Shown here: positions 1 through 9,444 of the stretch, one piece after another
How positions within the stretch are numbered: position 1 is the stretch's first letter
Layout: each line of letters begins with the position of its first letter
NCBI GenBank assembly: GCA_001600815.1
Contig: BCKZ01000007.1
Location: 62,001-126,000, forward strand
Source of the DNA: Alloascoidea hylecoeti
Taxonomy: Eukaryota
DNA length: 64,000 bases
Reading direction: 5' to 3'
Notes under the pieces: generated by a model
Told to the model about the DNA's origin: nothing
What the model saw: the letters and a program-made list of their open reading frames with translations, nothing else
Databases searched by the model: none
Program-made: the position numbers and the translations under genes

Positions 1-2
1 TA

Positions 3-845
3 ACGCAGCAAACTTCTCCATACTCTACAGTTAAAAAAACTCGTCATAAAAACATTTTCACACCAGATGAAGATTCATTAATATTAGATATGGTTAGACA
101 TTCGCCAGAAAAAAGATATTCACACGATTTTTATCATTCATTAGTTGATCGATTACCAAGACATACAGCAGCTTCAATTAGAGATCGATATAGACGCGTT
201 TTGGATCCGAAATTAGGATGGGTTTATAAAAATCCTGAAATTGGTGACTATTCAAAAGTACCAATTCCAACAAAAACTCTTAAAATGAAATTTACTGATA
301 CTGATGATTATGATTTATGTTTACATTTATTAGAAAATGATGGGAAAAGATCTTTAAGTTTTTTTGAAGAATATGCTTCTTTAAATCCAAGACATTCTGG
401 AAATTCCTATCGTTATAGATATCGTAAAGTTATTGTACCAAAAGGTATCAATACAATTATTGAACAATATAGAACTATTCCTGATGAACAACGACAACAA
501 CTAGTATTTGAACAACAAAGAAGTGTACGACCTGGTAATGCTCATGAAATTCATGATGATGATCATAGTGATAATCATAATCATAATCATAATCATACGC
601 CTGTTAATAATGATGATGTTGTAAATGCTGTTGGTTTTGTTAATGCTTTAACTGAAGCTTCCAGATCAAATGTTGATCATAATGTAAATCAATTTGATAT
701 TGCTACTGCAAAAAGAGCTTTAGAAGCTTATAATATAACAAGAGATGGAGAAAATCATACAAATGAACAATCACCAACAGAAGAGGAACGAGAAAAATCT
801 GCAGATTTAGATGTTATTGATGATGCTTTATTGAATGTAAATTAA
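3..845 (+). CDS. RAP1: Rap1 telomere/transcription factor, 3' part (two Myb-like domains); 5' end lies outside the window
   Basis: The frame is open from nt 3, upstream of the track's ATG at 90. It reads RHKNIFTPDEDSLILDMVRHSP...HTAASIRDRYR and KMKFTDTDDYDL...FFEEYASLNPRHSGNSYRYRYRK, matching the two Rap1 Myb repeats (cf. yeast HNKASFTDEEDEFILDVVRKNP...HTGNSIRHRFR). Confidence 0.85.
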   Translation, partial: TQQTSPYSTVKKTRHKNIFTPDEDSLILDMVRHSPEKRYSHDFYHSLVDRLPRHTAASIRDRYRRVLDPKLGWVYKNPEIGDYSKVPIPTKTLKMKFTDTDDYDLCLHLLENDGKRSLSFFEEYASLNPRHSGNSYRYRYRKVIVPKGINTIIEQYRTIPDEQRQQLVFEQQRSVRPGNAHEIHDDDHSDNHNHNHNHTPVNNDDVVNAVGFVNALTEASRSNVDHNVNQFDIATAKRALEAYNITRDGENHTNEQSPTEEEREKSADLDVIDDALLNVN

Positions 846-1198
846 ACTTCAAGAAACTTCCCCTCCTATGTTATTTCAATTACAAGTGATACTGCAAAAA
901 ATATATCAGGTATACCTTATAATCAGAATTTGTCTGTTTTTTTTTTCTATTAATTTGCTTGCTTGCCTTGAATTTCTTTGACTTGTACTACTATTATATA
1001 TTTTATCTAATACTTTTGTAATTTAGTTATATTTCTTTAATTTTGCTTTTTTTAGAAAGTTATTATTTTAAATTTTGTAATTTTACAAACATGCAAGTAA
1101 TTTTCAAATCAATTATAACTTAACTATCTTATTTTATATATTAAGCAACTCTATATATATCCAACATCAAACATATAATTATATTATATATAAATATT

Positions 1199-3970
1199 TT
1201 AAAATAATGATTTTAATCTATACCTATGAAATTTATTAAAATTTTTAAAATTGGCTATATTTTTTCTAAAATTTAAAATATCATTTAAATCTTTAATTAT
1301 AAAAATTTTATTTTTTTCACGTTTTAAAATTTTTATTGTTATAAAATAATTAATTGAATTTTTAATTAATTCTTTATTAACTGATTCATAATATTCAATT
1401 TTTCCTTCATGATATAATGTTTTACCTAATGTTTGTGTAATATTAATAAATTCATTTATATCCATACAATTTAAATTTTCATTTTTAGAATTTGAATTCG
1501 TTGTTTGTGTTTCTGATTCATTTGTTGGATATACTTGATAAATTTTTGATAAAATTGTTGAAATTGATAAGATTGTTAACCAATATCCTTCAATAAATGG
1601 CCATGTTGTAGCACAATAAAATAAAAAATGTTTATAAGATTCTTTATTATCATTAATTGAAACTAAAACATCATCATCATTACCTTCTTTATTTCTTTCT
1701 AAAATAAAAATATTTTGTTTTTCTAAATTAAGTAATGTTAATTCTAAATTTGTTGTTAAACCTTGTGGACTAAATATAAATTCTTTTGATAATAATTTTG
1801 ATAAAAATTGAACTTGAATTTCTAATTCTGAAATTTTAATTTTAATTTTACCATTAATTAATCTTAATGAGTTAAAAGAAATACAAACAATTGCTTCACT
1901 TATAAATAAATGAATCATCATATTTCTATAATAACTCAATTGAAAAGGATCTAAAACACAATAAATTGGTTCATAAATTGTATCAAATTCATCTCTTTCA
2001 ATCTTTTTAAAATCATTAATTTTTGAATTTGAATTTGAATTTGAATTTAAATTTAAATTTGTTGAAGAATTTGTTGAAGAATTTGAACCTGATTCAATTG
2101 ATGAATAATCAGATAAAAATGTATTTAATGTATAACCACTATAACTTTTTGATTTATCATTTTTCATTGCAATTTCATAACCTTGTGGTAATACAGCTTT
2201 AATTAATTTTGGTCCTAAAACTTTTAAAGCTTCAGAAACAATTAACTTCAATTGAATAATTGAATGAACATCAATATCATCATCAATTAATTCATTATAA
2301 ATTGAATCAAATTGTGAATCAATACAACCACCAGCTAATTTAATTCTAATAACAAGCCATTTAACATCATTTAATAAATCATTATAACCAATTCCTCTAT
2401 CACCTCTACCAGCAACTCTACCATTTGATGTTAAATGTGTTAATAAAACTGTACCAACAATAGAAGTTGGTGTAATAACACTAATATCATTAATTTCATT
2501 TAAAATTTTATAACCAATTGAACTAATCATTTTTGTATATTTTCTTGATTTTGAATTTTTATATAATCCAATTTCTAAAGATTTTAAAGAACTTTTATTT
2601 AAATCTAATTCCAATTCTTTATATAAACATTCCTTTAAACTCCAACCATCACTAATTCTAACATCAACTTTACCTAGTGACCATTTCCCACTAATTGCTT
2701 CCAAACCAGTTTGAAATATACTTAAGAAATTTTCTTTTGGTTTATCACCACCTAATAATTGACTTGTATAATCACTTGATTCAACAACTTTATCATATTG
2801 TGTTGAAATTGGTATAATATATAAATCTGAAACTTTTTCAGTTAATATAGCATCAATAATAATTCTTAAAATTCCAAATTTTGGTGGTAATAATTTCCCA
2901 ATTCTTGATCTTGTACCTTCAATAAACATTTCAAAATTTAATCCTTGTGATAAAACTTGTGTAATATAACTATATAATAAAGATTCATATAATTGTTCAT
3001 CATTTGATTTTTCTTCATCATTTGTTGATGATTTATCAATTCCACGTCTTATAAACATTGCCCCAATATCTTGTAAAATTGGTCCAAAAATATCAACATT
3101 TAAATTTTCACCAGCAACGACAGTTGGTAAACAAATACCTAATCTAACACATAATAAATGCATTATAATATAATCAACATGAGATTTATGACATGGTAAA
3201 AAAACTAAAGATTTTTTTTCTTTTGATGATTTAATTGATAAATCAATTAGTTTTAAACATTCTTTACGAGAAACATTAATACCATTATTATAAGCCTTTT
3301 TTAAAATTAATACAATTGATGCATAAGCTAATCTTAATAAAGATTTATGATTAAATTTACAAATCATATCATTTGAAATTTTAGAAACTTGATTATATAA
3401 CCATTTATTAATTTGTTTTAATCTTTCTTTTTCATATTTTGGATTTGTTAATCCTAAATTAATTTCATTTTTAATAATTTTTTTTGATAATTTATTAATT
3501 GTAAATTCAACTTCTTTACTTTCTAAAGTTTTTAATTTTATATTTGGTTGAAATTTAGAATTGAAAATTGGTTCTGATGAAATATATTCATTATAACTAT
3601 GACTCCAAGAAATAATACTTGAAATTTTTGAAATTGATGGAGTTGTATTTAATTTATCATTCATTTGTTTTATACTTTTTTTCATTGAATTTCTTTGATC
3701 ACTTAAAAAAACATTAACAGAATTAATAAAAGTATGAACGAATTTTAATTCAGTTTCAAATTCATCATTATCATTACCATTGCCAAGTTGAGATTTATCA
3801 GGAATTGGTAATTCATCAAATTTTTCAATTGAAACATTGTTTTTAAAACCTTCATTATCTTCATCAAATATCCCAGCAAAATATTTAGTTAATGGATTTA
3901 AAGATAAATCAGGTTGAGAAAAAGCATTTTCTAAAAGATCAATACGATCTGGACTTAGTTCCAACGCCAT
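1199..3970 (-). CDS. PlsB/GPAT/DHAPAT(GNPAT)-family glycerol-3-phosphate or dihydroxyacetone-phosphate acyltransferase
   Basis: 923-aa ORF with acyltransferase blocks FLPCHKSHVDY (HxxxxD), AGENL, GAMFIRR, FIEGTRSRIGK and IIPISTQYDKV, plus C-terminal LSYYRN and YYESVNKE motifs. Confidence 0.9.
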   Translation of the reverse strand: MALELSPDRIDLLENAFSQPDLSLNPLTKYFAGIFDEDNEGFKNNVSIEKFDELPIPDKSQLGNGNDNDEFETELKFVHTFINSVNVFLSDQRNSMKKSIKQMNDKLNTTPSISKISSIISWSHSYNEYISSEPIFNSKFQPNIKLKTLESKEVEFTINKLSKKIIKNEINLGLTNPKYEKERLKQINKWLYNQVSKISNDMICKFNHKSLLRLAYASIVLILKKAYNNGINVSRKECLKLIDLSIKSSKEKKSLVFLPCHKSHVDYIIMHLLCVRLGICLPTVVAGENLNVDIFGPILQDIGAMFIRRGIDKSSTNDEEKSNDEQLYESLLYSYITQVLSQGLNFEMFIEGTRSRIGKLLPPKFGILRIIIDAILTEKVSDLYIIPISTQYDKVVESSDYTSQLLGGDKPKENFLSIFQTGLEAISGKWSLGKVDVRISDGWSLKECLYKELELDLNKSSLKSLEIGLYKNSKSRKYTKMISSIGYKILNEINDISVITPTSIVGTVLLTHLTSNGRVAGRGDRGIGYNDLLNDVKWLVIRIKLAGGCIDSQFDSIYNELIDDDIDVHSIIQLKLIVSEALKVLGPKLIKAVLPQGYEIAMKNDKSKSYSGYTLNTFLSDYSSIESGSNSSTNSSTNLNLNSNSNSNSKINDFKKIERDEFDTIYEPIYCVLDPFQLSYYRNMMIHLFISEAIVCISFNSLRLINGKIKIKISELEIQVQFLSKLLSKEFIFSPQGLTTNLELTLLNLEKQNIFILERNKEGNDDDVLVSINDNKESYKHFLFYCATTWPFIEGYWLTILSISTILSKIYQVYPTNESETQTTNSNSKNENLNCMDINEFINITQTLGKTLYHEGKIEYYESVNKELIKNSINYFITIKILKREKNKIFIIKDLNDILNFRKNIANFKNFNKFHRYRLKSLF

Positions 3971-4980
3971 TTCTTACCAAAGTTCCACCGAAGAAAAATG
4001 ATGGAAAATAAAAAGAAAAGTAGAAGGTTTGGAAATAAAAATAAACAGGGACTATCTATCGGGAGTAAAAAGCGGAGAAACGTTTAAGTTGTTAGGAAGT
4101 TACCCGGATATCGATGCGGAATGGGGTTTTGTTTTTAACTTTAAGAACCCAACAATAATACCATACACTCCATCTATATTTCTGTTAGATGATATATGAT
4201 GAAAACACGAAATCTAAGGCATGACAAGCCAAGAAGAACGAAATAGTTGATGAAGCATTCAACAAGAGGTAAAGGCTGAATTAACCATTGTATAACGATT
4301 AAAGAAGAAGAAAAATGTTCTTTTGAACAATACTGCCAATTGGGTTATCCCACCCATCCGAGGAAACTCACCTTCAATCCAAGAAAACCTACCACGTCAT
4401 TTTGATCAAGCAATCACTAGGTGTGTGTGTGTGTATTAATCAATAGATCATTTATAGGGAATACTTCTCTTTATATACCGGTATTGGGAACTGTTGTATT
4501 ATTTGATATAATGTAACAAACAGTATAGTGCATTAAAGTTGTTATACTAAATTGCTATACTATAATAGCAGACTATATACCAGGTAAAGAGTAGGTATTC
4601 CCTTTCAATAAAACTTATCAGCTACATCAGCTAATAACTGGTCAATCACAAAAATGGTGTCGAAAGATATTTAGGAATTTGAAATTTGTTATTTTGTGTT
4701 TACTATAGTTTGTTATGATTAAAAACTTTAAAAGTAATTACAACAATGACATTACTCGTCCTGATCTCTATGAATATTCTCAGTAATACGGTTATTATTC
4801 ATCTCGTGTGTTCAAGGTCTGACCAATGGCCAGTGACCACCCTTAGTGATAACTTTCCTTATACCTCTACAAGACATTTCTCGTATATATTTTATACGTT
4901 ATCGAATTGTAACTTTAAAGGATTGAAGTTTAATAAGATGATTTATATTTATATTGTAATCAAAAATGGGTCATCATGGG

Positions 4981-5215
4981 AAAAAGCATTTTCTAAAAAA
5001 TCAATACGATCTGGACTGGACTTAATTTCAACGCCATTTCTTAAAGAAGTTCCGACGAAAATAAAAGAAATCAAAAGGTTTGAATTTGAAAATAAGAAAT
5101 ATTTTCTATCTGTAGCAAGAAAAGTGGAGAAACGTTTAAATTTTAAGTGAGCTATCCGAATATTGATGTGAAATGAGAGTTTTGGTTTTGTGTTCTTAAC
5201 TTTGAATCCAACAAC
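4981..5215 (-). pseudogene. Decayed partial duplicate of the acyltransferase promoter, 5'UTR and first ~15 codons
   Basis: Aligns in the same orientation with ~3918-4155 (aaaagcattttctaaaa..atcaatacgatctggact..aacgccatttctta...ggagaaacgtttaa...ttaacttt). A 5-nt duplication (ggactggact) frameshifts the copy just after its ATG. Confidence 0.85.
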
Positions 5216-5295
5216 TGTAATATAATATTGATACCGAATACTTGGCAATATTTATTTATATTTATTTAAAATACTTATAATTATAAACTTATATT

Positions 5296-5949
5296 TTAAT
5301 CAGATTTTCGTCTTCGTTTCAATTTATGTCCATCATCATTTATAGAATTATCATTAATAGAATCATCAACAGGATTCTTAACAAGAACCAACCCAAAATC
5401 ATATCTTTTATTAAACCCTTTTTTATATTCATTTATGGCCATTTCTTCAAATTTCTTAAAAAAATGATTTTCATCCATAGTTTCTAATACTAAAGGTCTG
5501 AATAAAGGTGGAACGCCAGTTTTTGAAAGATTTTTATGATATTGATTATCATGTTTTTTAAAATGATTAGCCAATAATACCATATGATTGACATCAGTAT
5601 TTAAATCTGTAATATTAATACCCCAGTTATAATAATCAGGTGTTCTATCTTCATATAGTTCTTTTTCTGTGTCTTCCATCACACTTTTAAACACATCATA
5701 ATAAAGTTGGGCTCTTTTCATTTGATTCTCCTTTTCTTCAGGACTTGATACTTTTAATTCAGATTCATTATCTGTTTTTGTATCAGTTTCGGTAAGTCTT
5801 TTCATGTTTGTATTTAAAGTATTCACAATCTTTAGAATATCTTCAGGAGTTTTTGGTTTTTCACAAGCAAGATTTGAGGAAGTCATAACATGAACAATTC
5901 GTTTTTTAAAATTCTTATATAAAACTTTCTTAGCTAGTTTTGATGGCAT
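5296..5949 (-). CDS. Hypothetical protein, paralog of the 6268-7454 gene
   Basis: 217-aa ATG ORF. Its C-terminal ~90 aa align with the neighbouring gene: TPDYYNW/TPEYNNW, MVLLANHF/MGNLAYGF, LFRPLVLETMD/LYKPAVLEILD, FFKKFEEMAINEYK/FFLDLEKVAREAYK. Confidence 0.75.
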   Translation of the reverse strand: MPSKLAKKVLYKNFKKRIVHVMTSSNLACEKPKTPEDILKIVNTLNTNMKRLTETDTKTDNESELKVSSPEEKENQMKRAQLYYDVFKSVMEDTEKELYEDRTPDYYNWGINITDLNTDVNHMVLLANHFKKHDNQYHKNLSKTGVPPLFRPLVLETMDENHFFKKFEEMAINEYKKGFNKRYDFGLVLVKNPVDDSINDNSINDDGHKLKRRRKSD

Positions 5950-6267
5950 TGTAATTATAAGTATTGTTTAAAAAAAAGATTCTTGGGTATAAAATTTGTT
6001 AGCCGCTGTTTTGAGAAGGTTGCAATTTATTGTAGATGTTAGTATAGATTTAAAAGTTGGCTGCATTTATAATTATAACTAAAATGTCATTTTAGACTTT
6101 ATTAATGTATAACTATATGATTACAAAAAATCAAGATATATGATACATAAATAGAAAAAGATACTTGTATTATAAATATTCATTCAATGCTGATACTTAG
6201 GTTACTCAATATTATTCATACTGTTAGCTATAGTTATAATACTTATTGATAGTATATCTAAATATTT

Positions 6268-7454
6268 CTAAAATGAACCCCTTCGTTTATTATTATTCAA
6301 TTGAATCCCATTAAAAGCAAAATCCCTTTCATTAAGTAATTCAAAACATTCCCTTTTATAAGCTTCTCTAGCAACTTTTTCTAAATCTAAGAAAAATGCC
6401 CTTGTATCTAATATTTCTAATACCGCAGGTTTATATAGGTGTGAAACATAGAGTGGAATTTTTATATTTACTTTATCTTGAACTTTAGTTGAAAATCCAT
6501 ATGCTAAATTTCCCATAATTATATCACCATCTTCCGTATGATTAATTGGAATCATCCAATTGTTATATTCAGGTGTTTTTTTTCCAAATAAAATATTCTC
6601 TTCTATTGTAAAAATATCTCTAAGCTGTTTAATAAATTCTGTAAATTTTGGTGTATTCCACGATGGATTTTCATTATCATTATCAATATCATTATTTTCT
6701 AATTTATCTAAATCATAATTTAATTCTTCTAATTTGGTTTGAATATATATATATTTTTTTTTTTTAATTTTATTTTTGTGTCTTAAATTTAGTAAGCGGT
6801 AATTAAACCTATTTTTGTTAGTTATATGATTGTTCCTAGGAATTGTATTATCCTCATATGGAATTTGAGAATTATTTGTAATAGGAGAATTAATTCCTAT
6901 TTTTTGATTTAGAAATGCTTGGTAATTAAATATAAACCCATTTTTATAAGTCCTAGGAATCATATTATCCGCACGTAGAGTTTGAGAACTAGTTGTAGCA
7001 GGAGACTTGATTTCTTTTTTGTGATTTAGATGTAATGAGTGGTAATTATAGCTAAAACCATTTTCATTAGGATAGTTCCTAGGAATTGTATTATCAGTAT
7101 TCTCAGATAGTGTTGTTTTAGGAGATACACAATGAAAATTAGTGGTAACAGGAGACACTGTAGAAGTTATAATAGGAGACCACCTTGGAGTTTTAACTAT
7201 TAACTTAGTAATAAGATCGATCTTAAATATTATTCTTTTATCTCCTACTTACGTTTCTTAATTCTTTTAATAGAACTTGGACTCCTTGGAATTAATTTCT
7301 TTCTAGCAGCTGCTTCATGATAAATGCAAATAAAATTCATAAATCCAGTATCAATACTATAAAATCCACAAAAGCAATTATTTTTTTTCTTTCCTTTATT
7401 TATGACGATTTCATCCACATCTTTAAATGAAAAACTTGAATTTGATCTTTCCAT
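6268..7454 (-). CDS. Hypothetical 376-aa protein, two exons (7454-7253, 7196-6268), with three internal ~40-aa repeats
   Basis: The track ORF 6268..7158 starts at GTG. A 56-nt intron at 7252-7197 (GTAAGT...TACTAAG...TAG) joins the ATG ORF at 7454 in frame (202+929=1131 nt). Confidence 0.75.
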
Positions 7455-8339
7455 TATTATATATTTAGAATTTAATTATAGAGTTTTGCATTAATAGCTG
7501 TGATTGAGAATGAAAAAATAGTAGTGGAGAGTAGCTATTGTTGAAAAGTGAGGTTGAAAAATAAAATATAAAATATAATTAGGATTGTAATAGATGTATA
7601 AATGTAAACGCCATTGTAGATCTGGATAGCATTGTTATAAATTCAATTACACAACACACACCAAAAGGAGAACAGAAAAAAATGTTTTTTTATTTCCCAA
7701 TGCTTAACCGTACAAAAATAGAAGTTGGAGTTGGATTTGAAAGCGAATCTCGAGATATTGTAGAGTAACCAATTTAGTCCCAAAAAGACATAAAGGTGTT
7801 AATTACTCTTCTACATTTTTACTGTTATATGCCGGTATAGGTGTGGCTATTAATTAGGACCAAGCATATAATTATAGACCCACTAAATTTAAACCACCAC
7901 CATTCATAATTAACACTCAAACATGCCCATAAACTTATATGAAGATACACGTATGTACCCTGGATTCAAAAACAACTGCAAAGATAACGCTACATCTGTT
8001 AACCACCAATTTTCTAAAGAAGACAGTTATATTTCGGCTTTGTGTCCCACGATCACAAACATAACCAAACAATGTGGTGAATTGTAACAGAAAGGGCATT
8101 TAAATAATGAAATGCCTAACGTTTTATGTTGTAATCATAGCTTTCAAGGTTTTAAAGTTTCATCTTGTGATCATAATTAAATGTTCTTCACCATATTTCG
8201 AAGAATTAGTACTATCATATATATATAATGCTTCATGTTCAGACCAAAATGTATATTGTTTGCGTTATACCTTATGATACATTATACATTCAAAAACTTA
8301 TCAAAGAAATACATATTCTTCTTTGGAATATAGTAACTC

Positions 8340-8753
8340 ACCCTTAGAGTAGCATATTGAAGCCGATGGAATCTTCTTTGGCGAGGCAAATTTAGAATAT
8401 CCGTAATGCTCCTCAACACTGCAGCTTTTTAGATAAAGTTTGACCAGTTAGTAAATTTAGGTAGCAATTGTGTTACCTTTAAAAAATTATATTGTAATCT
8501 ATATTTATCTAATAACGATAGTATAATTGATTTCCGTGATAATCATTAAAATTAAAACTAGTACCTAGAAACAAAATTCTCATTACATTTGGACAAAGCT
8601 TCAAAACGAATCCAACACTTTTAATGAGAACCAATTGGAAGGAGAATTTATCTATAATAATTTGATATTGACCTTAATATAACTATATATTTGCTCTAGA
8701 TTTTGAACCATCATCAACAATAGTTCCAGGGGAAGGTTATTTTCACTTTTGAT
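8340..8753 (-). pseudogene. F-box/LRR pseudogene, copy A
   Basis: Reads IKSENNLPLELLLMMVQNL (F-box start; ATC at 8753 where copy B has ATG), then LKLCPNVMRILFLG and QLLPKF...LKSC (RNI-like LRR), with stops and frameshifts. The downstream boundary is approximate. Confidence 0.65.
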
Positions 8754-9187
8754 TGGTGGTAGCTATAGGGGTTGTAATTATTACTGGAAACCATAAAGGT
8801 ATTTTCATATAGCCAGTTTTAAGATCTGTGAATGTGGGAGGAAATATGTGCCAAACTTATAATCAAATTTATAATTATAAGGAGTACAGTCCAATATCTT
8901 CTGAAAATCGATTAATTACATGTTTGAATTATTTTCAATACATCTTATCTGAAGTTCTGAACACCTTCTTTACGGTTTAATAAATTAGTATTGTACATTA
9001 CGATTGTAAATTGTTTGTTCTTGTGATTTGCAGTCAGTCAGTTCAAGATTAACGGTATGTAATTAGTTATAAGTTTGGAACACATTTTCCTCTCACAAAC
9101 ACAGATTTTAAGATTATAAATATCTATAAAATCTTATTTTCCTGTAACTATGTCCAATAAACTTCATTATAGCTATAGAAATCAGCC

Positions 9188-9310
9188 ATGAAAAGTGAAA
9201 ATGATCTTCCCCTGGAACTCTTATTGATAATAGTTTAACATCTAGGGAAAAAAGATAGTTGGATCCAGTTCAATATCAAATTACTATAGGAAAATTCTAC
9301 TTCCAATTAT
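9188..9310 (+). pseudogene. F-box/LRR pseudogene copy B, 5' part
   Basis: ATG at 9188 gives MKSENDLPLELLLIIV*HL. It is an inverted homolog of 8633-8870, including the upstream sequence. Confidence 0.65.
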
Positions 9311-9444
9311 TCCTTTTGATACAATTATAGTACATGACTCATGTACAAAATTTATATTATTACAGCTCTTGAAAGAATCGGATGGAAATTTTTTGAAGAA
9401 TATTGGAAGTAAATTACACCATTTTAAGATCATTTGGGTTTAAA

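Noticed and set aside
4746..5248. Track ORFs 4746..5150 (+) and 4949..5248 (-)
   Set aside because: They overlap the decayed promoter/5' duplication. The similarity to the acyltransferase is a frameshifted remnant.
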